A DNA stretch of 61,405 nucleotides, filler included, from Sphacelaria rigidula (lineage: Eukaryota): the NCBI GenBank assembly GCA_964200075.2. It is 10 parts of 10 records of this genome, joined end to end, with 100 filler letters (N's around TTAATTAATTAA, not from the genome) between each part and the next. Parts side by side here need not be neighbours in the genome. Positions count along the whole stretch, not along the records: positions 18,454 to 24,504 come from CAXNAA020022571.1; positions 24,605 to 30,655 come from CAXNAA020022572.1; positions 30,756 to 36,805 come from CAXNAA020022573.1; 7 more parts are not named here. One strand, given 5' to 3'. This document shows, piece by piece, positions 22,900 through 34,820 of this stretch. Numbering within the stretch: the first letter of the stretch is position 1; the number at the start of each line of letters is the position of its first letter. The notes below the pieces were generated by a model that was not told the DNA's origin, made no database searches, and saw only the letters and a program-made list of their open reading frames with translations. Both the position numbers and the translations under genes were made by a program.

Positions 22900-24454
22900 A
22901 TGAACGTGAAACCTAGTTCAAGATCCTGCAACAAGAATTAAACGCACGCACATTTGATTCCAGGGGGCGTCCGAGGGCATCCTACCGTAATTATAGCCGC
23001 TATCCGTCAGTTCTTTCATTCTCCGGATTCCAGATATCTCGATATTCGGGTATCCGGATATCCGCCAAATTTTGCCATCCACGGATTTATATAGATGATG
23101 TTGTCCGAATTCGTTATCTACTTCGGAACGTTTCTTCTGTCACGAAGCACGTCTCTACTTCCAAAGAACCCACCTACGATGGTGAGGGCGACGGAATACC
23201 GTGTCTCTAGTTCAAGGCCCTCTCCGTGGGGATCCATGTGTCCTCGTACTACCCGAAAACTAGTGCAGTGGTGCAATACTGACGATAGACACAGGAAGCC
23301 TTGCCTCCTCGTGCGGCTTATATCTCGAATATCACATCCTTCTGGGACACGTATCTGGGATACAACTGCAACATGCAAGATACACTTGCAATGCACGCTA
23401 CTAGCACGGCATACCACACGGTTCGGATGCAGGGTTCGTGGAACCCACGAGCAGCAGTGGGCCGTTGCCTGTACGAGCATTCCTTAGTGCTCCACGAGCG
23501 TTTATTCCGACATCTTCATGAGTACACGTAGCCCATGTAGATAGCCTGACATTTCTCATACGAAGATCTCAAAAACATGGTTCAGTCGAAGAGTTGTTGC
23601 AAAAACGAGCTGTTTTCCCATAGCCCATGTATCACGTCCTCATAGCCTCTACGAGTGTGCCCCACAGCTCATTGCTGCAGCTCGATCGTGAAAGTGCCTG
23701 AGGGCATGGTGTCGTGCGTGTTCAAAATACAAATACTCTAGCGCAACTGCACCAATGATTAACCAAGAACCTAGGCTAAACTTGAACCTCTGGTTATCAC
23801 GAGTGAACAAGCCACACGTACCGTGCGCACGTTGTACGAGCCGGTGCAGTGCGCGATCAAATACACAACGCGCAGATACGGCCATTGGCAACATTGAACT
23901 TCCGCAGCGGCCGGTTGTCTGTCAGTCAGTGGGAGTGAGAAAATCACCACGAACGTTGTGTATGAGTAAGCATGCAGCAACACAGCGTTTTGCCCGAGAA
24001 AAGCACATCGCGGCCAAGCAACAACAAGGAATCAAGGCCAGGTACATGCAACACAATGAAGCGCACCACGAACTTTTCAATGAAGATTGTGGGACACTAA
24101 GAACCAAATATAAATATCGAGATCAGTCTCAGGGGTAGAAATCACGCTTTCATGTAGGACTGTTTATTGGACGTCGACATGCTTACGGGACGGAACGGAC
24201 GCCGGCTGAAATTCGAAAAATCGATGCTCTTCATATTGATTTCAATCGTGAAGTTTCGTTCGTGCACACGAACCTCGTACGGCAGATATGGGGACCTGCG
24301 TAAGTCGATAGAGTATAGAGATCCGACGTTATTGTATATACTCAGTGGCCGTACACAAGGAAGGCAAGCCGACAGCAACCCTGTAAATTAATGGAAGGAT
24401 TTGTCCCAGAGAGTTATATATCCATGTTTCGGGCTCGAAGCTAAAGAACCCACG

Positions 24455-24488
<34 letters not shown>

Positions 24489-24619
24489 CCCCCCGCGCGC
24501 GCGCNNNNNNNNNNNNNNNNNNNNNNNNNNNNNNNNNNNNNNNNNNNNTTAATTAATTAANNNNNNNNNNNNNNNNNNNNNNNNNNNNNNNNNNNNNNNN
24601 NNNNATCGTAGGATGACTC

Positions 24620-24988
24620 GTACCGTCGTTTTCACACGTCTACAGTGAATGCTTGAAGTCTATTACACATTCTTGCTTCCTCTCTTCGCGACGTGACTAG
24701 GAACCGCGTCTCGCGCATTCACCTCCGCCGCGCGTGCAATCCAATTAGGTCACAGTTTTCGAGTCTAGATCGGGTCAACAGGCTGCACGTGATCGCGAAA
24801 CAAGGCCAAGACGTCGCCTATCCGGACATTCCCGTCTGGGGGAAGTATGAAATAAACGACACTCCGGAGGACGCTTTAACCCTAACCCTAACGACAACTC
24901 AAGAAATGTTGGAGCCTGGCAAGGAGACGTAAAAAAAAGGCGGCGTTATACCTAAAAGTGGCGGAGACATGCCCATTTTTCTACTTCA
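24620..24988 (+). repeat. Direct-repeat copy 1 of a coding-like segment (copy 2 at 29806-30227)
   Basis: Near-identical text TCGTTTTCACACGTCTACAGTGAATGCTTGAAG...GCCCATTTTTCTAC, about 5.2 kb apart. Confidence 0.85.
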
Positions 24989-26973
24989 TGTGCAGCCTGA
25001 GGGGGGGTGGGGCCTTAGCGCAACACATGGAATCCGTGCGCTGCCACCTTTTTCCCTGTGGTGTAGAGGAACAAGAGTGCTCACCCGACTTACTTGTCTC
25101 GATTCTTTGACATACTGAAGATGACNNNNNNNNNNAGTTCGCAAGTCGGGTTGCCCACTTGAGCCTTAATTCAGAGTTAAACATCAATTCGCACAATTTG
25201 CTGTTATATATCGTCCGTAGACAAGACGATATCAGAGACAAGAGAAAGCCTGCCGGCCGAAGAACAGGAAGGCGAAGCCATGAAGGAATTCGGGGCGGTT
25301 TACAAGGGAAGACTTCCACGGCCCTTGGAGCTGGTGCGTTACTCCCCATCGGTAGTTGACTTTATCCTAAGAAAGTTGAGACATATATTCGCTGTCGCGA
25401 GCTCATCGGTGACCGGCCTCGCTGTTCAGGCACGGAAGTCAACTGTGTCTTTCCCGGTAGTACTGGTCGAGGAGTGTAGAACACCACCGCCCACAAACAT
25501 TTGCACTCCAGAGACAAAGCAGAGACTTGCTGCCGGACGTCCCTTATTTTGTATCTTCGTTTGTACTTGACATACCAGAGATATTGCCCTCACCGCGATG
25601 ACACAAAGAGGGACCCTCAAGTCATTCAGCGAAACGTGAAGGAAAAAATGGAACGCGATAAACGACAAGACAGCGTTTTGAAAACTCGTGGGTGGCGGCG
25701 GCGAGGGAGATGTGAACGACGCATCCGGTGGGGAGGCCGGCGGCGAGGGTGAGGAGGGCCGGGACCGCCCAGCAGCGGGTAGTCACGAGGGCAAAGTGTG
25801 CGAGTCGTGCAAACCCACCCTACACGTCAGGTGAGAGTATCTAGTCGGAGGGCGGGCACCGAGATACACGCCCATCGACGAAGGCATTGCTGGCAAGACC
25901 GTCGATCCCTTCGCCGCCGACATATAATCCTCTGTCCCCGTTCCCGCAGGTACCGATGCACGCACTGCAGGGTTGCACACCATACGTTAAGCGACCTGCT
26001 CCTCCCTATCTCATAAGATGCGACTCTGGCTGAGCGAAAGAAACGCCTTTGCAAATCGTGCGAGGGCGAGCCAGAGCGCCGGAAGAGGAAATAATCTCAG
26101 GATCCAGCCCGAGACGGCGTCGCATCAAATAGCGGGAAGAAAGCGAGGAAGGCAAACGTTCCCCGACCGCCCGCCGGCGCCACCATGGACGAGCAAAGGT
26201 GCGGAGATCGCAGATCCAGCCGAGCGTTTCCTCGGGTGAAAACAGTCGCCGGTGAATTTCATCTTTTCGGCACGTGTCTCTCAGCGAGTGTCCTTGGTCA
26301 TATAAACTTTACTTCCCGTGGATACATCAACGCAAGAAATGAACGATCGGTTGGCAACTATGGCTGTCTAGCGTTCATACTCTCGGAGAACACCGTGAGA
26401 GTGTTCCTACGTCAAGGTGGGGGAGGGGAGGGGTGTGGCGGCGTGAGGCAATACCGTAGGTCTTCATCAGACCCCAACACTCGATACATATTGCCGTCTT
26501 GTACACTGTGTTCGTTTGTTACCACTCTTATGATACTTGCGGTTTGTTTGTGCCACGATTCGTCGAATTTGACAATGTGCCGATGTAGACCCCCCCCGCC
26601 CCCCCCCCCCCCCCCCCCGCCCACCGCACACCCAACAACAACCAAACCGACCACACCACAAAAGACAAAANNNNNNNNNNCCCCCCCCCAAGAGTTGCGC
26701 TCGCAACAAAAACACAACGCAGGGTAACGCAATGAGATCATATATGAAAGGGAGTCGGTGTTAACTGCATGCTAATATAAATGAAAGCGGAAATACGTAG
26801 TGATGCCCCGTCGGGTAGGGTGCGTGTTTCGACGGTGCTTTGGTTGTCTGCCTCAGGGTCGCACTTCACCCGCGTTTTTCCGTCAGATATCGATATGTAC
26901 CGTGTGGAATGACCTTTGTTTTTTCGCACAGGCGCAAGAACTCTACCACGCACGCGGTAAATCTATTTCGCAG

Positions 26974-28892
26974 AGGATGTGAGCTCATCGATGGAGGCGA
27001 CCCCCTGTCTGTGGCACGCCAGCCGAAGCTCATCCTCGTCTCCTTGGATGCCGAGAAAAGCATCCTGTCACTAACAGACGACCACGTGAAGAGGTACTTC
27101 AAGCGGTTCGTGGGCAAACTGCTGAGCGCCTTGCATCCTTTGGGGACGATCGCATTTGCCGTGCCGCGGCCGTGGTTCCCGCATGGAAATAGAATCAGAG
27201 GTGCCACCCCACACGCAATACATAGAGGGGGAAATGCGTGATATAAATGAAGGTGGTACGGCGTCGTTCGGCACCTAGAATTGTAGCGAGAAATCAATCG
27301 CTGTACTCGGAGGTAGATGGTGACCACAGAAGGTGAAGCAGGAAGGGGATAAGATCTGTAGAGAATTTTGTGTCATGTATGGAAGAAGCGCCATGAGTGC
27401 CCAAATGTTGAAGGTATTCATTAGGTGTAGGAACGGTGCTCCGGCTAAGTGTCGCGCGGTCAATGGTCAAACGGCGAAGGCAAGCAAGCAATGAGTACGC
27501 CCTCCCCCCCCCCCACCGCGAGGTCGATGGTCTCATGACTATGGCATCCATGATCATGAGTACCCCCCACCCCCACCCCCCGCGCGACCGCTCCACCCCG
27601 CCCCGGCCCTCGCTGTCGCCGACCCATCTGCACCACGTCACAGACGCCATCACTCAAGACCACACCATGGCGCTCGAAGAAGACCCTGTCCTCATCGAAT
27701 ATTCCAGCAAACACGGGGGCTCTCGGAAGAGAGAAGATAAATTCTATTTCTACCCGCATCACGAAGCCATCATGGTGGCCCACAAACGGTCAGAGCAAGA
27801 GGGGAAATGTTTTACGGTGAATCAAAGGGTTACATTTTACGACCCCTCTACGGCAGCACAATCAGGGGGAAAATACCAGACTGCTGGCAGAAGATCGGCG
27901 GCGGGCACACCGAGATGTTGACGTACAAGCAAGGAGCTCCGGCCGGCGGCCCCAAAAATGGTTTCCCCCCGGGATCGTTGCGCACCTTCGTTTGGAGGTG
28001 ATGGCGCGTCCGGTGGTTAATGGAAGGCATTACTCCACCCCTCGAGATGTTATCAGACGGTTCAGTCATAGTCGATATTTGTATGGATTGGTAGTTTTTC
28101 AAACCGTGTACACTCGGTCCTATTCCACTTTCTATTCCGATATGTTTCATCACTAAACTGTTGGGTCTTCGTTTTTCTCCCTCATACTAGCGTAGGCAAC
28201 TCGTCACCCGACAAGCGGATTGTTGTATGTACTAGTCCATCAGGGTGCGTTTCACAAAAGCTGCAGACTCATTCGTTGAGCGACTAACCTCACAATCGAC
28301 CACTCCGCGTGGATCGCGAGGTTTCACTTCTACGTCGTTAATCCAGCGTCGTTGCCTCTTCATATCCATGAAGGTTCACCAACATGGGCGACGCTGTCCT
28401 TGGTGTTGGGCTCGAGAGTACGCAGCTGCTGGAGATCGCCCTACAAGGCGGGCGCCCTATCAAGCTCTTTCTCTCAGATGCCAGTCTCTCCGGCGAGGTG
28501 TATGATCGCGAAGGGAAGACGTTCCATAAAGCATTCTCCTCTGGGCTTTTCAAGGTACAGAGAGCCACACCACGGCTAGGCTGCATAAATGCGAAAATGA
28601 AAGTCGGGTTCCCTGATTGCCGTAGCGGCGGGTCTTCATGCAGGTGTCGCAGGTTTTCGTTTGTGAGAGGTGTCATGAACTCTCACCAATCTTTCCAACT
28701 GCCAACGGCTCGTTTTCACCCTCTATTTCTCGACAGCACGACATTGGCGGCGCAGTGTATGTGGGCCCAGAGTTGCTCCCGTCGAAGCTGCCGGCCGACA
28801 CGACCCCGCCGGCATTGCTGACTCCTGCCGCCGGTACTTCTGCTGAAGAGGTCATGAGGACCGCCGTGCAGCCGTTCGGATACACAGTGGAG
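26974..28892 (+). pseudogene. Multi-exon gene of unknown family (exons 26974-27200, 27644-27997, 28374-28554, 28737-28892), one frameshift
   Basis: All four exons have AG/GT boundaries and compatible phases (1, 2, 0). Exon 2 needs one extra base near the GGGGGAAAA run at ~27865-27873. Confidence 0.55.
27441..27568 (+). mobile_element. R2 (related C-tailed family) 3' end, with a truncated R1 (27518-27568) inserted at its C-run
   Basis: GGTCAATGGTCAAACGGCGAAGGCAAGCAAGCAATGAGTACGCCCTCCCC..., then GCGAGGTCGATGGTC...GAGTACCCCCC. R2 also occurs at 31194-31268 (-). Confidence 0.65.
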
Positions 28893-29805
28893 GTGAGAGT
28901 GCTTCGGGCGAGACAAACGGTGTTCATATCGAGTCATGTGTACCTGCTTCTTCGCCGTCCGAGGGTCGCACAGTGAGGACAAGGTGGTGATCAGGCTAGC
29001 GGGCGCCTACCCACCAGGTTTGTTCTTTTTGCATATTTCTTGACGCATTTTCGAGTCAAATATACTTTCTCTGTACCACACAAGAGGACACCGTGAATTG
29101 TACGGGCCCATCACCTTGCCCGGGTTTTGGTCCGATCTTGGTATTATATTTTTGGCCAATTTTCGGCTAAAAACATAATTCGTATACATTTGGTGCTTGC
29201 TTCGTACGAATGAAAACGAACAATCAGGCCCGAAAATGGCCGCACACCCACCTTTCTAAACTCCAGAGAGAAAAAACGTTATACAAAAACAATGAACAAC
29301 AACCACAACCGCGATTCATTCACTAGTTTTACGTATTACCGTGTGCTGACTCCACAGCCTTCTTAACTGACAAACCTTGCTGGTTGGTCAACTCGACAAC
29401 GGCCAAAACCTTCTACGAGTGTCTCGAAATTGTAGAATAAATGCGATGCTTGGGTATATTTCGGCCCATTTCGAGTAAAGAACTCGTTATTCTATCTTTA
29501 CGTCGGCGAAGTCTGCCCTTTAACTTCGTAACGAACCCATCTGTAAAGCCGCCACAGCGATCATTATACCCAGACAACGTATTGCCCTTCGGTACCCTAA
29601 ATTATGGGACAGGCGAGTGAGAAGGCCATCATTCGGGGGTCGACTTGTCAACTCCTACCCTTCTAGTCGCAATACGCGAAGATTTCGAAGGAAACGGGCA
29701 TGGCATGCCAGACAGAATGCGTATCGCGCTTCAAATCCCTCGTTTGGGATCATGCAGAGTGTGTATCGCTGAGAATCTGGGGGTGGGGTTTGTCACGGGA
29801 TCTCG

Positions 29806-30391
29806 TACCATCGTTTTCACACGTCTACAGTGAATGCTTGAAGTCTATTACACATTCTTGCTTCCCCTCTTCGCGACGTGACTAGGAACCACGTCTCGCG
29901 CATTCACCTACGCCGCGCGTGCAATCTAAATTTGGTCACAGTTTTCAAGTCTAGATCAGGTCAACAGGCTGCACGTGATCGCGAAACAAGGCCAAGACGT
30001 CGCCTATCCGGACATTCCCGTCTGGGGGAAGTATAATATATACGGCACTCCGGAGGACGCCCTTCAACCTATCGACCATGTTGTAGAGGAGCAGTGTATC
30101 CACCTTATTTTGGTAGCTACCAACCAACAACTGAGGAAAATGTTGAAGCTTGGCAAGAAGACGTGTAGAGCAAAGGCGGCGTTGTACCTAGAAGTGGCGG
30201 AGACGTGCCCATTTTTCTACCTCACGTGGGAAGCAACGGTCGATGATGAGGCCATCGACATAACGTCGCAGATTCTCCATGTAGGTGGTAGAGACGCTTA
30301 TGTTACAGCCGCTGTAGGCAGCGAAGGCGGAGAAAAAAGAACGCTCTCATTGCTCGTGTGCCAACATCTCACGTTCGAAGCAGTTGATTAG
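29806..30391 (+). pseudogene. Direct-repeat copy 2, containing the 138-aa ORF IAKQGQDVAYPDIPVWGKY...; likely the distal exon of the unknown gene
   Basis: Protein-like composition, duplicated at 24620-24988. Confidence 0.4.
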
Positions 30392-30755
30392 CGGTGACGA
30401 AGCCTTTAGTCATTGGTGCCGGGGATCTTATCGTAGGAGGTACTGGATTTGAGAAGAGGTGGCTTGGATTTACCCCGGCCGCTAGTCCGTGCGACGATGA
30501 TGAGGAAGACGATGCAGATGAAGATGAAGACGCTGCCGATGACGGCGCGAGAGATTGACGGATGTAATGCGTGTGGCTGCGGTTCGGAAAAAGAGGATCT
30601 AGATTCCTGGGGTTGGGTTGGGGTAGGGAGTTTGGGAGTTTGTGGGGGGAGGGGANNNNNNNNNNNNNNNNNNNNNNNNNNNNNNNNNNNNNNNNNNNNT
30701 TAATTAATTAANNNNNNNNNNNNNNNNNNNNNNNNNNNNNNNNNNNNNNNNNNNN

Positions 30756-30806
30756 AGGTCAATGGTCTTATGACTATGGCATGCATGATCATGAGTACAC
30801 CCCCCC
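30756..30806 (+). mobile_element. R1 3' end at contig start
   Basis: AGGTCAATGGTCTTATGACTATGGCATGCATGATCATGAGTACACCCCCCC. Confidence 0.75.
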
Positions 30807-30829
30807 TCCCCATCGTAGTATGAACTTAG

Positions 30830-32725
30830 GATAATCCTCTGGGATGAGGGTGTACATCTGGGGTGTCCGTCTGAGATGTTCATCACGGCTTTCCCAAGAT
30901 CTACCTACTACCGTAGTGTTGGTTTAAGACCGAACGTGAAATCTGAACGTCAGACAATGTCCCGCCCGCACCGGGGTATGATGCCATCGCCTAAAATTAC
31001 ATGAGAGCGCGAGTGCTTCACACCATATCCCCGGAAGTATATAGAATGTGATCAATTTGCGCCTCCCCCCCCCGATGCTCGTGTCCAGCCCGTTACCCCA
31101 GGTTTTTGTGTCCAGCCCGCTTCCCCTGCGTACCTTTTGCGTGAACTGCCTCGCGTGTTTCGCGTCTGAAATCGCCGACGATGCCGCTTGGCAGGGGGCG
31201 GGACAAGCTCATTTGTTGCTTGCCTTTGTCGTTTGACCATGGATCACGCATCCCTTACGAGCCGCTCGGTAGGAGGGGAATAGAGCTACTACCGTCGCGA
31301 AGCCGTCGACACAGCAACATCACACGATGAACGTCGCGTCGCCACCGACAACGCCCGCCAACAAAGTCGCAGCTGCTACCACGACCGCCGGCAACGCCGA
31401 CAACGCCGACAACGCCACAGCTGCTGCCGCTACCGCCGACTTGACCAACAATGCTGCAGCTGCAGTTGCCGCTGCCGCAGGCTTTACCAGCACCGCCGCC
31501 GACAATGCTACAGCCGCTCCCGCTGCCGCCGACTTCGCCAACACCGCCGCTGACAACCCCGCAGCCTCTGCCGCACCCGTCGACGTCATCGACACCACCG
31601 CCGCTGCCGCCAACACATCACACGGTGGTATCGGAGCGACCACAGCCGCTGTCGCTCCCGTTGACTTTGCGGACACCACCGCCGACACCACCGCAGCGTA
31701 CGCCATGCGCGAACAGCGCCCGTCGCACATCCGACTGGAACTTTCGTGCCTAGCGAAGGGCATCAAGGTGCCGAAAGGGCATGCGTCGGTGATGCAGCCG
31801 AATCCGGCGAGCTGTGGGAAGACTCCGTCACGCAGGAGTGCTATGGAGTACTGGAAGCAGGAACCATTGACGTGACCGAGTACCAACCAGCGGAGGACTA
31901 TATTCATACCAAATGAGTGTTGAACTGGGTTGCCCACGAAAATGAGGTCGGGAATGAAGATCGGCGAAGGAGTACGGTGTAGAGTGGGGAAAGAGTATCT
32001 TCATCGCTGTAGGTGTGAAGCTTGGAGAGTTCAGTGTATGTAGATGGGCAAGCTACGGTATTTCCATTTAGAGCATTCGCGGGGTCACTGATGTGACTGG
32101 CAAATCAGACTAGGCCCGACATTCCGAACGCAGTACGTGCAGTAACAAGGTACTGCGCATCGCCTAAACTCATTCATTGGCGTGCCGCGCGTGGTATTTT
32201 GGTATATTTGAGGTGATTGAGTTCGCAGGGGATGACCGTACGTACGTGAAAGCAGTTTGCAGGGGCTGAGCTTTCAGCTGTTTGCGCGTACTGAATACAC
32301 GAATAAGGAAACTAACAGACAGTCGGTATCGGGGGGGGTCACTACTGTGTGGAGGTGTATGTCTTGGTTGTCGACAACACAAAAGTGTGACATTACTTCC
32401 CTCACAGGCCGAGCGCATTGCTATGGCTGGCGTAGCGAAGGAGGTACTGTTGTTTCGGGACAGGTCTGGCATTTCATATTAGCGCAGGTTGGAGCACCGT
32501 GCATACCTGTATCTGAGGACAACCAGGAAGCTGCTCAGCTTGCACAAGCCCCATCGCGAGCTCCAACTCCGACCATGTTGACGTGAGATGTATCAGTTCA
32601 TCAGAGAACTTGTGGCAGCGAACGAGATTTCGAGTCTCCACGTGACATCGGAGTTTCAGCAAGCCGACTTCTTGACCAAGAAGTTGCCGACAGAGTTCTT
32701 TTAAGCCCCCACGCGATTATGTTGG
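30830..32725 (+). mobile_element. Ty1/Copia relic (integrase end, Ala/Thr-rich linker, partial RT, RNase H)
   Basis: PFRAFAGSLM*LANQTRPDI (RT); SWLSTTQKC, EDNQEAAQLA, HVDVR and QQADFLTK (Copia RNase H). Heavily frameshifted. The left boundary is approximate. Confidence 0.8.
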
Positions 32726-34111
32726 GCTATTTTCCCTTCATATTCACGACAATTAGATATGAAAAACACAGTAAATAATGGAGCACATCATTTCGACACA
32801 CGGGAAAAGCAGCATGCAGAGCTGCATGTAAGGTTTCCATTCCACGATATCCTCGCCAACTGAACACCAGCAGAAGAAGCATCCAAGAACAGTATCCGGT
32901 AAATTCCTCTGGATTGAAATAAAAAAGACTGTCTTCTGAAGTGAATAAACTCAAGTATTGTCTGGAATCTTTTTTATCTTACATGATTTTGCTTGAGAAT
33001 CAAGTAGGCTGCGAGGGATTAAAAATATATATTGGAGACTTGTTTTTCCCGGTCGAATCGAGGGCATATCAGATTTTCAAGCACCGTGGTGTCGAATGAA
33101 TCAAGGCTTAGCCGCGAGCAGGGGGGTTGATCGAATATGCTCATGCTAAGCATCATAGACAAGAAGGGTGCGTCAGATACGATGCGGTTGATTTCGGATA
33201 ATGACAAAACGGAACTCCGAGGGGATGTAAGATTAAAGCCATCAGGAGCCTAGGAGTGGCGTATGCTCACGATACGTGTCTTATTATGATAAATAATATC
33301 GCGTTTACAGTACTATCTGGGGGAAGTTCCACCCCCCGTGGATCAGTGTTGTTGCTCCACTCGTAAGCTGCATGTTGCACATCGAGTGGTGTGTGCGGGT
33401 TGCATCGTAGATAATAAAAAAGAGTTGATGATCGGTCTCGTTCATGTACCGGTCTTCAACGACGTCACCTAGGCTCAGTGCAAGTTTTCATATCCGTTGC
33501 ACGGATATTCATCTCGAACGTCTATATGGGACGCGGACACCCAGTTGACGCGGAGGTCCAGCTGGCACAGGCTGTCTGCCAAAGCCGGTTTGCATCGTCG
33601 ACGATTGCTTTCCAGTAGGCTCTTTCTTATAACCGAGTGCAGCGGTAACCGTGACCCGGACCCAAATACGCGGACAATTCGTGCGCTTGTGACACATCTG
33701 GGAATCCATGCGCTCGTAGCGTGTGGTGCAGTCTGAGCTGGTAGGGTCATCTATCTGAGCAAGCGGCCGCTGCTGGGGCACAGCACGGTGTGCGCTGGAG
33801 GTCAAACAGCTGGGTCAGCGTACACTGGTGAGCACAACGCAGTGTGCACTTGTAGGACATACATCATCAGCATGAGCTCACAAAACGCCATCCCACATAC
33901 GTGGAGATGAACATCCCAGATGGATGCTCACAACCCGGATGGATATCCTAAATGGACCTCACATCTCAGATGTATATTCCAGACGAATATTCATATCCCA
34001 GATAATACGTGCGCGATGATGCAAGATCGCGTCATACTCCTCATTGGAAGTAGGAACGGCAGCACTTGAACACTGTCATCTTAGTTAACGTAGTATCCGC
34101 GAGAAACACTT

Positions 34112-34380
34112 TATTCGTGAGATTCAGAGAGTAGTTTCAGATTCAGAGTAAGGATTTCGAACGGAAGAACTGTTTTTTTTTGTGGTCGATTCTTATGCGA
34201 AACAGTTCGCGTCACTAATCAACCAACATTGCCGATCTGTGAAAACACGCACGGTCATTATTCGGGTTGGTTGATTAGTGACGCGAACTGTTCCGCATCA
34301 GAATTGACCACGAAGAAAACAGTTCTTCCGTTTGAAATTCTGACTCTAAATCTGAAACTACACTCAGAATTGCACGAATA
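34112..34380. mobile_element. Fold-back MITE
   Basis: ~115-bp arms, e.g. ACAGTTCGCGTCACTAATCAACCAAC versus GTTGGTTGATTAGTGACGCGAACTGT. Confidence 0.75.
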
Positions 34381-34419
34381 TAGTCATGATGCCGATGCAT
34401 GAGGGGGAGGAAAATCGTG

Positions 34420-34820
34420 CACCCTTGGGTACACTCGGTAAAATGCTTAGTATCCGGAGTACCTGGAGTGTTCGCCCCCCACAATACTCGGTATGGGTAC
34501 ACCCCCCATCTATAATACTCTGTGTCGTACTCGACGTACTCGGTAACATTTTCTGTATTTCAAGTACCTCGAGCACGCATTCCCCTGAATACTGAGTATG
34601 CTCGAGTGCCCGAAGCACCGACTGCCGAAAACATTGAATACTCTGGAGTATCTCGAGTATCGACAATCCAAAATACTTGTTGTCGTACTCGGTGTACGAA
34701 GTAGAATACTCGGTACCCCGAGTACATGCAGTACCGACTCCCCGAAATGCTGGATATTCCATGATATCCCGAGTATCGACACTCCAAAGTCGTCGTACTC
34801 GTACTCGTACTCTATTCTAT
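34420..34820. repeat. TACTCG/CGAGTA-rich low-complexity interspersed repeat (related fragment ~56515-56580)
   Basis: Dense AGTACTCG/GAGTATC motifs in both orientations. Confidence 0.55.

Noticed and set aside
31320..31937. Ala-rich antifreeze- or mucin-like protein
   Set aside because: Low-complexity GC-rich repeat, open on both strands, embedded in a Copia relic.
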